Virus record (IMG/VR): IMGVR_UViG_3300020433_000671
Coordinates: 11,491 to 75,490 of that record
Length of the DNA: 64,000 bases
Direction: 5' to 3' (one strand)
DNA from: a virus
Shown: piece by piece, positions 27,142-35,820 of the stretch
Layout of the letters: each line of letters starts with the position of its first letter
How positions within the stretch are numbered: the stretch's first letter is position 1
Made by a program: the position numbers and the translations under genes
The notes under the pieces: generated by a model
Told to the model about the DNA's origin: nothing
What the model saw: the letters and a program-made list of their open reading frames with translations, nothing else
Databases searched by the model: none

Positions 27142-27648
27142 CCAATCTGGTTTTCGGGATGGGTCACGTAGATAATTAGATGCAACCCAAGGTTTGCTGG
27201 CAATATAATTTTTGTAAGCAGTAAAAGTGTCATAGCTTGTGTTATATTTAAACTCATCAGGACCTGCAAAAGCGAATGATTTGGGTAAAGTAGGTTTTTG
27301 TAACGGAATTATATTTGCTGCTTCTTCTAGTGTTTGCTGACAACTATGTATCTTACTGTATCTATGTGTGTATTCTTGACACAATGCTAGACCATGAGTC
27401 AGTAACCACCATGCATTAGTAAGACATTCATTTGCCCATGCAGTACAAGGATGATTTCGAAATGCACCTTTTTCTGTCTTGTATGGTTGACCATCAAGAC
27501 GATGTAGTTCACCATATCCATGACCCCATTTGTCAGAGCAAACAATAGAAAGCATCTGACAAGTTTCTAGTGGCATTTTGACAATATGTTTGTCAGGTAA
27601 TACTTGAGCAGATACGTAGGGTGATGGGTCAGTAACAAAGATGTTCAT
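27127..27648 (-). CDS. Pyrimidine-dimer DNA glycosylase-like protein
   Basis: MNIF...DKHIVKMPLETCQML...NHPCTAW...EYTHRY. Confidence 0.7.
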   Translation of the reverse strand: MNIFVTDPSPYVSAQVLPDKHIVKMPLETCQMLSIVCSDKWGHGYGELHRLDGQPYKTEKGAFRNHPCTAWANECLTNAWWLLTHGLALCQEYTHRYSKIHSCQQTLEEAANIIPLQKPTLPKSFAFAGPDEFKYNTSYDTFTAYKNYIASKPWVASNYLRDPSRKPDWVTVK

Positions 27649-28106
27649 TCATTAGACCTCCATTGTTTTCTCATTCTAACATAAGTATCATTTTTTGCAA
27701 CGATGTCACGAACCTTCTTAAATATAGTAGCAGACTTAGCAAAATCACAAGTAGCATGATCTGGCTCTTGGGGTCTTACATTTCCTTCTTCATCATATTT
27801 CTTACCTGTGTGATGATTGGCATATCTTCTTGAACGAGTAAAACCCATTTCCAAAAATTTACGACACATATCCATACCGATGAAATCTTTTTCATCTCGG
27901 TAGTCAAGATACATGCCGAAGATATGATTAGAAGACTCTACTGCAATCTCTGGTGTCTTAAATCTCCAATGAGCACATATATCGTTAGTATAAGGGCGAA
28001 CCAGTAGAACTCCTTGCTCTCCCCTTCCAATACGATAAAGTTTGCGAGTTTCTTCATCTGTAAAGTCAAGAGATTTATAATCGAGGTCATAATTAAATTC
28101 CTTCAT
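27645..28106 (-). CDS. DUF4385-like protein
   Basis: YRIGRGEQGVL...HWRFKTP...GMDMCRKFLEMGFTRSRRYANH. Confidence 0.8.
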   Translation of the reverse strand: MKEFNYDLDYKSLDFTDEETRKLYRIGRGEQGVLLVRPYTNDICAHWRFKTPEIAVESSNHIFGMYLDYRDEKDFIGMDMCRKFLEMGFTRSRRYANHHTGKKYDEEGNVRPQEPDHATCDFAKSATIFKKVRDIVAKNDTYVRMRKQWRSNE

Positions 28107-28246
28107 TCTAGTACTGCTGTTACCCCCATTATAGTTGCATTAGGGTTTCTTGCCAAAGCAACTTCTTTGGCATCTTCATAGTCTGTAGCAATAACAATCT
28201 CTTCAAAGATTGTACCTGCTTTGAATAGTGATACTTTACATTTCAT
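28103..28246 (-). CDS. 47-aa hypothetical protein (not in ORF track)
   Basis: MKCKVSLFKAGTIFEEIVIATDYEDAKEVALARNPNATIMGVTAVLE, with ATGA overlaps at both ends. Confidence 0.75.
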   Translation of the reverse strand: MKCKVSLFKAGTIFEEIVIATDYEDAKEVALARNPNATIMGVTAVLE

Positions 28247-30399
28247 GCGATTTGCTCAATGAATGCATTGAGGATAGTTTTGTTGTTCATTTTAGAACTC
28301 ATGTGTTTTTTGAACGCACGAGTTAGTTCTGCCTTGGTAGCAACTTCTGATTTTTGTTTTACCTCAAGATCTTGGGTGCCTGCACCATTGTTTTTATCTG
28401 GCATAAAGAATGCTTCAGTAAAACCTGCTTTCTCTTTGATGGAAGCAAAACGTTCTTTTCTCCATTGCTTGTCAATAGCATCATATTCTGCCATGTCTCT
28501 GCAGAGATCACGAACAAGTCTGCTCAATTCTTGTTTGCTGCACAAACGAATACCAACCCAATTATAGTCAGTGATCTCACGATAGTATGATACTATTTCT
28601 TTTGTAGTATCATAAGGATGACTTGAGATCTTACGAGTGTAACCAGTTTTAGGATCACGAAGGAAGAATACATTGTTACGAGAATGGCAGAGATAAGAGC
28701 AATGAGTTTCACCAGCACGATACCCATGATCATCAGGAAACTTGTGAACATAACTCATAGGATTTGATTCACCATCAGTCAAACAAATAACATTGACTTT
28801 ACTAACACCCTCAAGTTTCTTTAGGTCGGAAACAATATTGCGAGTGCAATAGATTGCTTCTGCTAGGGGAGTACCACCAAGAGTATAAGGAGTGTAGTAG
28901 GAAAGTCTCCAACCATTCATGGCAAATGCCTGAAGATATACTAGTTGCAAAGATCTCTCTAGTGATTGCTTGTTCTGACGAGAAGAGAAGAACTCAAACA
29001 AACGGAAGTCATCAGTTAGAGCAAGTTCGTTTTCTTTTTGATCTGCAGCAACTTTTTCCATTCCATCACCTCCATAATATGAACTGAATCCAGATTGGAA
29101 AGCATATACTCTGAAAGGAATACCAGACTTCTGACAGAACCAAACTAGATTGTAAGTTTGCTTTAGAGTATCAAGTAACTGAGACTGCATAGAACCAGAC
29201 CAGTCAAGGAACATTACCAAACCATGATTCTTACCTTCAGGGATAACAGTAACTTTCTTAAAGATATCATCATTGTATTTGTAAGTGTGTAGTTTGTTAG
29301 TGTTGATGACACCAGTCTTAGCAGTTGCAGCACGACGATACTCATCTGCTGATTTTTTCATCTCAAACTGTTTGCAAAGATAGTTTACAGTTTTTTGAGA
29401 ATCTTTTTTGAAAGTATTGTAATGATCTACACCATACTCAATATTACTAACATCATGTTTGTCATTTTCATAAAAATGATTGTATAGATTTTCTTGAATC
29501 TCTTTGTGAGGAATAACATAATCCTCAACCTTAGGATCGGGAACAGTAAGATATACCCACTCTTTACCATTGTCATCAACCAAACTCTCAAGTGCTTCAG
29601 CAAATGCTCTGTCTGTAACACTCTCAGTCTCATCAGGGGTGCCTGTCTGTCCACCAATCTGATCCTCATACATTTTATCTTCTAACTCATCCAACATTTC
29701 ATCTGTGATCTCAGGTTTGTTTGAGTTACCTTCTCCTTGATCTTGGTCAAGATCCTGATCATCACCATCACTATCGATATCAAACTGACTATCAAAATTA
29801 GAACCTGTTTGATCATCAAGATCTTGATTCAAAGGAATCTCAGGCAACTCATCTAATTCTTTCTTACTCTGTTTATCAGCACAGTACTCATAAAGTTTTT
29901 CTGCAAGATCAATAACATCTTCAAAGGTCTTAGTTGTCTCTGTACGGTTAACCCATACTCTTTCTTCATCATTGAAAGGAATATTTGGATTACCTTTGAA
30001 GTAAAGATTGATACGATCAATCAAAGATAGATCTAGAGGATCTTCACCCTTCACACCAAAGAAATCATCATCCCACAATTCACGATAACCTTCAAAGAAA
30101 GACTTACGAAGACCAGGATATGTAACTTTCATCATACGCTCAATACGAGCATCTTCTAGAACATTGATAAAATCCTTTGGAGCAGAACCAAAATCTTTGT
30201 TTGGTGTATAGAGAGCGTGACCTACCTCGTGTCCTACTAGGAGGTCGTAGACGGTATTAGAAGCGGTTTTCCAAATGGGAAGAATCAACAAACGCTTTTC
30301 AACATCAAAGCAAGCAGTGCTGACATTACGGTGCTCAACAGTAAGATTTTCAGTTGCCAACAGTTTGGCGAGAGTTCCTTTGACTTCCTGTGTGTTCAT
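28243..30399 (-). CDS. HExxH metallopeptidase-like plus vWA domain protein (CobT-like MoxR partner)
   Basis: HEVGH...EDARIE; acidic linker; MIDAS motifs DWSGS, GGTP and LTDGE. Confidence 0.85.
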   Translation of the reverse strand: MNTQEVKGTLAKLLATENLTVEHRNVSTACFDVEKRLLILPIWKTASNTVYDLLVGHEVGHALYTPNKDFGSAPKDFINVLEDARIERMMKVTYPGLRKSFFEGYRELWDDDFFGVKGEDPLDLSLIDRINLYFKGNPNIPFNDEERVWVNRTETTKTFEDVIDLAEKLYEYCADKQSKKELDELPEIPLNQDLDDQTGSNFDSQFDIDSDGDDQDLDQDQGEGNSNKPEITDEMLDELEDKMYEDQIGGQTGTPDETESVTDRAFAEALESLVDDNGKEWVYLTVPDPKVEDYVIPHKEIQENLYNHFYENDKHDVSNIEYGVDHYNTFKKDSQKTVNYLCKQFEMKKSADEYRRAATAKTGVINTNKLHTYKYNDDIFKKVTVIPEGKNHGLVMFLDWSGSMQSQLLDTLKQTYNLVWFCQKSGIPFRVYAFQSGFSSYYGGDGMEKVAADQKENELALTDDFRLFEFFSSRQNKQSLERSLQLVYLQAFAMNGWRLSYYTPYTLGGTPLAEAIYCTRNIVSDLKKLEGVSKVNVICLTDGESNPMSYVHKFPDDHGYRAGETHCSYLCHSRNNVFFLRDPKTGYTRKISSHPYDTTKEIVSYYREITDYNWVGIRLCSKQELSRLVRDLCRDMAEYDAIDKQWRKERFASIKEKAGFTEAFFMPDKNNGAGTQDLEVKQKSEVATKAELTRAFKKHMSSKMNNKTILNAFIEQIA

Positions 30400-30422
30400 C
30401 CAATTCCCTTGATTACTCTTTT

Positions 30423-30479
30423 ATTATAACAGGCGAAGGTCGGAATGTGCAAGTCTTGGGACAGTTTCTTTACTGGCAC
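30423..30479 (-). promoter_or_regulatory. Early sigma70-like promoter with upstream bipartite motif
   Basis: GTGCCAGT-AAAGA-AACTGTCC, TTGCAC, 18 nt, TATAAT. Confidence 0.7.
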
Positions 30480-30482
30480 ATA

Positions 30483-30722
30483 TCATGATATCAATCCTTT
30501 ATTAGTTAGATAATGAAGAGTATCTTTTAATCCACCAACATGCTCTGTGCCAATGGTAATCTGAGGATAAGATGCATCACAACCAAACTCAGCTTGAAAT
30601 TGAGTATTGTTAAAATCATCATCAAGATAATATGTAACTAAAGAATCAAATTGAACAGACTTCAAAAGTTGTTCAACTCTTTCGCATTCAATGTTTCTAT
30701 CGCTGTAGATGATTGCTTTCAT
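30483..30722 (-). CDS. Glutaredoxin-like protein lacking CxxC
   Basis: AIIYS...EC...SYPQITIG...HVGG. Confidence 0.75.
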   Translation of the reverse strand: MKAIIYSDRNIECERVEQLLKSVQFDSLVTYYLDDDFNNTQFQAEFGCDASYPQITIGTEHVGGLKDTLHYLTNKGLIS

Positions 30723-30866
30723 TTATCCCTCTATATCGTATTCTATTCCAATGTGTTTACACAACCTTCCTCTATAATTCTGCCTACTCTGTGTCATCTT
30801 ACCACCCAAAAGGATTGTAAGTTCCTCTATACGTTTAATAATTCTTTCCTTTCTTTCTTCATTCAT
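30723..30866 (-). CDS. 47-aa hypothetical protein (not in ORF track)
   Basis: MNEERKERIIKRIEELTILLGGKMTQSRQNYRGRLCKHIGIEYDIEG; fills the gap exactly. Confidence 0.65.
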   Translation of the reverse strand: MNEERKERIIKRIEELTILLGGKMTQSRQNYRGRLCKHIGIEYDIEG

Positions 30867-31123
30867 TAGTCTAATGAACCTAGGTCGTTGTGTCTAACTG
30901 GTTTATGATCTTTAAATTTATCATGGTTACCATCACCAGGCATTTTACCAAAAGCAACATACTCTATTGCTTGCATGGAACCTTCAAGTCTAGTTAAATC
31001 TCTTTCTAACTTAACATATTCATCATACAATGGTTGTAGTTCTTGCTTTCTTACCTGCAATTGCATAGAACGTTTTGTAAAACGTTGAATTAGTTGTTCA
31101 GGACTTTCAGTTTTTTTAGTCAT
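30866..31123 (-). CDS. Hypothetical coiled-coil protein
   Basis: 85-aa ORF on the coding strand. Confidence 0.7.
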   Translation of the reverse strand: MTKKTESPEQLIQRFTKRSMQLQVRKQELQPLYDEYVKLERDLTRLEGSMQAIEYVAFGKMPGDGNHDKFKDHKPVRHNDLGSLD

Positions 31124-31138
31124 TTTGTTAGAAAATAA

Positions 31139-31438
31139 TTAATCACGTTGTCGCCAGTCATCAGACCGTTCCTCGTGAAACCAGTCTACCACATCTTCTG
31201 GATTTTGGAAACCCCTGATATGTTTACTTGAATCGGGGTCTCCAATATTCAAGTTATTCAAAAAAGAATCGTTTGGGTTAGTAGATAATCTTCTTGCTTG
31301 ATTTAACATACCTCTTGCACTTGTATTTGCTTTCGCTAGTTTTTGTGCCCATATCATATCATCTATTCCAACCTCAGTTCCTGATGCAATAGATTTACAA
31401 ATGCCTTCTAAACGAAGACGATATTGGGTAGATAACAT
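31139..31438 (-). CDS. Conserved cyanophage hypothetical protein
   Basis: MLSTQYRLRLEGIC...DMIWAQKLAKAN...DDWRQRD. Confidence 0.8.
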   Translation of the reverse strand: MLSTQYRLRLEGICKSIASGTEVGIDDMIWAQKLAKANTSARGMLNQARRLSTNPNDSFLNNLNIGDPDSSKHIRGFQNPEDVVDWFHEERSDDWRQRD

Positions 31439-31464
31439 TTGTTAATGTGTAGTATTACTAATAG

Positions 31465-31740
31465 TTATACACTTAAAATTTCCTTCATAATAAAGTCTTT
31501 AGATAAGACAGGTTTTCCAAACAAATCTAATTGTAGATTTGATGCATCACGTGTTACCTTATTTTTGTCTTTGCGAGTGTGCTCCCAATAGAATGTGTTG
31601 TCTTCTCTTTGATAAAACCAACTGGTGTCATGTGAGGATAATAAAAACACACTGTAGAGGTGTGGATAAGTCTTCTTGGGTTTCTTTTCATAGACCACAC
31701 CCATAGGAGTCTTATAAAAATTAGGATGTTCGTACTTCAA
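31465..31740 (-). CDS. Hypothetical protein
   Basis: 91-aa ORF on the coding strand. Confidence 0.65.
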   Translation of the reverse strand: MKYEHPNFYKTPMGVVYEKKPKKTYPHLYSVFLLSSHDTSWFYQREDNTFYWEHTRKDKNKVTRDASNLQLDLFGKPVLSKDFIMKEILSV

Positions 31741-31746
31741 TTTTAT

Positions 31747-33468
31747 TTAGGATTCGTCAGACATTTTTGAGAAATCGTTGACTTTCTCAAACTTTAAAGT
31801 TCTTGAGAATTTGTCTACTAGTATATCACCCTTATGAGAAATCACAAAGACATTTGTTCCATCTCCAAGACTTCTTAATATTTGAAGAAGTTCTCCAGTA
31901 CCAGAAGAATCGAGTGAACTATCAAAGACTTCATCAAGAATAAGAAGATTAGTAGCAACACTATTCTTCATCCTAGCAACTTCTCTCCATGTAAACAGTA
32001 GTGCTAAGTCAATCTTTTGTTTTTCACCCTCAGAGAATGATGCATAAGAAAACTCATCACGAAAACGACTTTTGATAACTTCATTAAATTCTTCATCCAA
32101 TGTAAAGTTAACAAAAAATTCCATGGACTGAAGGTATTTGTTAATTAATTGATTGAATATAGGAACATATTTTTTAATAATCTGACTCTTGATACCAGAG
32201 TCTTTTAATAAAGAAGATACAACGTGAAACTCATCTAACTTTTGATTGACTGCAGCACAATCTTTTTCAGTTGTTTTATACTCAGAAACATAGTCCTTTA
32301 AAGTTTTTTCTTCCTGATCAATATTAGGATTGCTTTGTTGAAGTTCAAGAATCTGTTTAGATATTTCAAGATTTTCCATTTCAAGACGAACAATCTCTCG
32401 TTCTTGTGCAGTAGCATCACTACGAACTTCATATAATTTTGCAGAAGTTTCCTCTATCTTAGTGACAACACTTACTGCCTCAGTAATATCTTCAGTAAAT
32501 GCTTCAATCTCGGTAGCAAGTGTTTTTCCAGTATCAGTTAAAGTATCAACTTGATTTTTCTTAAAAGAATTACTAATGTTTTGTGTACATGTAGGACACA
32601 CATCGTGACTCTTAAAAAATTTAAGATTGTTTGCAATTAATTTAAGTTCAGATTTTTTATCTGCTTGTCCTTGACGAAGTTTACGAACAAATTTTTTATG
32701 AACTTCTACATCTCCCACCTCTTTTTCAAGAACATCAATTTGATTTTGAAGATCAATATGATTAGATTTTACATTTTCAATATTTTTACAATTTTTATTA
32801 TAACGATTACGTTTTTCTTCTTGACGATTTTTGTTAACTTGTTGTAATGAGTCAAGTAACTTTTGTTGACTTTCTACTTTTTCTTTAGTAAGACGAAGCA
32901 TATGTCCACAATCATTACTTTGACTTTGTGCTGAACGAACTCTATCCTTCAGCAAAGCATTCATGTTTGAGAAGATCTGGATGTCCAGTAGATCTTCGAT
33001 AACTTCTCTCCTGACACTTCCCCCAAGTTGCATGAAGGGGACAAATGTGGATGAACCAAGTATGACGACTTGGGTAAAACTTTTGTAGTTGAGTTTGAGA
33101 ACTGATTGCTCCAAGTATTTCTGCGTGTCTTTGGCAGCAGCGTCTTGGTCAACCATCTTATTGTTCTTGTAAACCTCAAAGATATTGGGTTTTGCTCCTC
33201 TAAAAACTCTGTATTCATCTTTGCCTATGGAAAAACATACTTCAACTTTTAATCCTTTTTCATTAATACTATTTACTAATTGTCCACGATTAATTTTTCT
33301 AAATGGTTTATTAAACAGTGCGAAACAAAGAGCATCTAACATAGTAGATTTGCCTGCACCATTAGACCCCACAATTAATGTTGAGGGTGTCTCACAAAAA
33401 TCAATTTCAGTCCACTGGTCTCCTGTTGATAAGAAGTTTTTCCAGCGAATAGTTTCAAATGTAATCAT
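31747..33468 (-). CDS. g46: Recombination endonuclease subunit gp46 (SbcC/Rad50-like)
   Basis: GSNGAGKS, zinc hook CPTC, FSEGEK, LILDEVFD and ISH. Confidence 0.96.
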   Translation of the reverse strand: MITFETIRWKNFLSTGDQWTEIDFCETPSTLIVGSNGAGKSTMLDALCFALFNKPFRKINRGQLVNSINEKGLKVEVCFSIGKDEYRVFRGAKPNIFEVYKNNKMVDQDAAAKDTQKYLEQSVLKLNYKSFTQVVILGSSTFVPFMQLGGSVRREVIEDLLDIQIFSNMNALLKDRVRSAQSQSNDCGHMLRLTKEKVESQQKLLDSLQQVNKNRQEEKRNRYNKNCKNIENVKSNHIDLQNQIDVLEKEVGDVEVHKKFVRKLRQGQADKKSELKLIANNLKFFKSHDVCPTCTQNISNSFKKNQVDTLTDTGKTLATEIEAFTEDITEAVSVVTKIEETSAKLYEVRSDATAQEREIVRLEMENLEISKQILELQQSNPNIDQEEKTLKDYVSEYKTTEKDCAAVNQKLDEFHVVSSLLKDSGIKSQIIKKYVPIFNQLINKYLQSMEFFVNFTLDEEFNEVIKSRFRDEFSYASFSEGEKQKIDLALLFTWREVARMKNSVATNLLILDEVFDSSLDSSGTGELLQILRSLGDGTNVFVISHKGDILVDKFSRTLKFEKVNDFSKMSDES

Positions 33469-33719
33469 TAAGGTGGGATAATAAGATCGTCTTTTTTAAC
33501 AATGAAATAAGTGTATCCATATGTGTTACAATTTATAGAAATAACAGCAGGATCACACTCAATAATTTCTAGAGTATCCTTATAATTTTCTGCTTCTAAT
33601 TGTCCAGCATATCGTTCAGCATCATCTCTATCCTCAAATACAGTCACTGTTTTTTTACGGTCTTTGCTTTTTATAGCATAGATACCACCAGATTTTATAT
33701 CTGATAAAACAAATGCCAT
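33468..33719 (-). CDS. Hypothetical protein (DUF3110-like)
   Basis: GGIYA...VFEDRDDAERYA...LIIPP; lies between g47 and g46. Confidence 0.7.
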   Translation of the reverse strand: MAFVLSDIKSGGIYAIKSKDRKKTVTVFEDRDDAERYAGQLEAENYKDTLEIIECDPAVISINCNTYGYTYFIVKKDDLIIPP

Positions 33720-34753
33720 CAGATTTCTGCTGCCTCCATATACAATGACCTCATAACAGTTTTAATGTTTGATTTGTTAACCTTAAGATCTATTCCATCT
33801 ATGTAGTTATCAAGAAGAGTCATTGTATCTTCGGTTTCCAACAGTCCTGAACCTTTTTCTACTTCTACACTTAAGTCTTCAATGATTTTCAAATCACCAA
33901 GACCCATGTCTTGAAGTTGACTAACAACATAATCAAATTTTGAATAGTCACCTTTGTCTTCTACAATGAGTTTGACGAAGGTTCCTTTAACTTCGTCTTC
34001 ATTCGGTAGTACAACTCCACCATTATAATACAACTTATGAAAAGTGTCAAAGGGATTTCTATGGAAAGTACATCGTAGAGTGTCTGTGTTAAAGACATGA
34101 AAGCCTCTTTTAGTGCCGTAATCATTCCAGTAAAGTTGATAGGGGTTTCCAAGATATGTAACATTTTTCTTAGTAGATTTCATGTGATAATGACCACTAA
34201 ACACTTTCTTAAATTTAGAAAAATATTTAACATCCATACCATTTGTCATAACATGACCAGGATGTGCCTCAAAACCATTAAGTTCTAAATGACCCATGCA
34301 GACATCAGCAGAACTTTCTGTAACAGCTCGTAGAGAATCCTCATAGTTTTCATCACATATCCAAGGTAAAAGGAGTATGGGAAGACCGTCAAGAATAAGT
34401 GTAGTGGGTTCTGTATATGAAATTATGTTTTCATATTCTCCAAGTAATTCAGTTGGAGCATTAACTCTTAAAGTGTTTTTATAATAAATGTCATGGTTGC
34501 CTATAAGAGTATGCATTTTAACATTCCTCTCTTTAAGAGGATCAAACCACATCTCTTTTGCTGCATCTAATGACATAAAATTAATAGATCTACGTTTATC
34601 AAACGTATCACCTAGATTAATTATAGTATCAATTTTGTTTGCATCCACAAAAGGAATTACAACTTCATTGTAATATTTTTTGTAATGATCAATAAAATAT
34701 TGATTATCATTACGTACACCGAAATGCTGATCGGTTATCAATAAGACTTTCAT
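33719..34753 (-). CDS. g47: Recombination endonuclease subunit gp47 (SbcD/Mre11-like)
   Basis: TDQHFG, LGDTFD, GNHD and SGHYH. Confidence 0.96.
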   Translation of the reverse strand: MKVLLITDQHFGVRNDNQYFIDHYKKYYNEVVIPFVDANKIDTIINLGDTFDKRRSINFMSLDAAKEMWFDPLKERNVKMHTLIGNHDIYYKNTLRVNAPTELLGEYENIISYTEPTTLILDGLPILLLPWICDENYEDSLRAVTESSADVCMGHLELNGFEAHPGHVMTNGMDVKYFSKFKKVFSGHYHMKSTKKNVTYLGNPYQLYWNDYGTKRGFHVFNTDTLRCTFHRNPFDTFHKLYYNGGVVLPNEDEVKGTFVKLIVEDKGDYSKFDYVVSQLQDMGLGDLKIIEDLSVEVEKGSGLLETEDTMTLLDNYIDGIDLKVNKSNIKTVMRSLYMEAAEI

Positions 34754-34756
34754 TTA

Positions 34757-35290
34757 CTATCTTTTTTGATTCATTTCAACACGAGTCTTGATCTGATTAT
34801 ACCCAGAATCAGTATCTCCGTCAACTGTGAATACATGATCGTAACCTGACTTCTCTAAAATTTTATCTTTAATATCTAACTGACGTTTTTCTTTAGCAAT
34901 ACGACGTAAGAATGCATAATAAACTATTTGTGTAAAATAAGCAAATGGATTCTTAGACTTTGTTGGATTAAAATTATCGATATATTGTATACAATTTTCT
35001 ATACCATCACAAATCATGTCATCCTTATACATGTAATTAATAAAGTTCGGTCTATACGACAAATGTGTAGCAATCTTTAAAAAACAACTTCCAATATAAT
35101 TTCCTACTCTAGGTCTACTTTTACTCTTCCAACCCTTTAAAGCAGCAAACTGCTCATCAGGATCCATATCAGAAAGACCTTCAATCTCCTTTACGGCAGC
35201 ATTATACACCTTTTCTTTATACTTGATGATAGCAGCAAGAAACTCTTGGTTATCAACGTAGTGCTGTTTTTGTTTTTTTATCTTTTTCAT
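34757..35290 (-). CDS. g55: Late-transcription sigma factor gp55
   Basis: HYVDN...KIATHLSYRPNF...DMICDGIENC...NPFAYFTQI. Confidence 0.94.
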   Translation of the reverse strand: MKKIKKQKQHYVDNQEFLAAIIKYKEKVYNAAVKEIEGLSDMDPDEQFAALKGWKSKSRPRVGNYIGSCFLKIATHLSYRPNFINYMYKDDMICDGIENCIQYIDNFNPTKSKNPFAYFTQIVYYAFLRRIAKEKRQLDIKDKILEKSGYDHVFTVDGDTDSGYNQIKTRVEMNQKR

Positions 35291-35310
35291 AAGTGTCTTG
35301 CTTTGTATAT

Positions 35311-35339
35311 ATTATAACAGGGCTTGACACGTTTGTCAA
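35311..35339 (-). promoter_or_regulatory. Consensus sigma70 promoter for g55
   Basis: TTGACA-17 nt-TATAAT. Confidence 0.85.
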
Positions 35340-35379
35340 TTTGATGTACACTAACCGTGTAAGGGTTCAGGGAAAGGTT

Positions 35380-35820
35380 CTATTTATCAATAGGATCAAA
35401 TTTATAGATCTTTTCAAATAAATTTCTTGCCTCGTCAATTTTTCCTAGATAACCCATCTCAGGTTGTGGATTAATTTTTTGAGTGTCTTTTTTGTTTTTT
35501 CCTTTATTCTCTTGTTGAATGAATGCTTCGTACATAAATGTAATTTCTTTACTCATTGAAGAGACTGTTACAACGTCTTTCTCTCTTAGAATATAAAAAT
35601 CTTCGTCAGAAAATTGCATCCATTTTGCAAATCCTACGCCCCGAACGTTGCGACCACTATCATCTTTATTTTGCATAACTACTGTAGAAACAGGATTTTG
35701 AACAAAACAAAGTGTTTCCCCATTGTCTTCTGTAAGAACTGCTTTACCTAGCACTTCCTCTCCACTAACGAGTTTAAAAACTCCGTAAAATTCTTCTTCA
35801 TGTTTTGCGTAACTAATCAT
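35380..35820 (-). CDS. Conserved hypothetical protein (Sm-like family member, inferred)
   Basis: FYGVFKLVSGEEVLG...GFAKWM...MGYLGKIDEAR. Confidence 0.8.
   Translation of the reverse strand: MISYAKHEEEFYGVFKLVSGEEVLGKAVLTEDNGETLCFVQNPVSTVVMQNKDDSGRNVRGVGFAKWMQFSDEDFYILREKDVVTVSSMSKEITFMYEAFIQQENKGKNKKDTQKINPQPEMGYLGKIDEARNLFEKIYKFDPIDK

Noticed and set aside
34757-35290. Roughly 20-aa extra segment in the gp55 N-terminal region
   Set aside because: It is in frame, short and in a variable helical region; I cannot support any special function for it.
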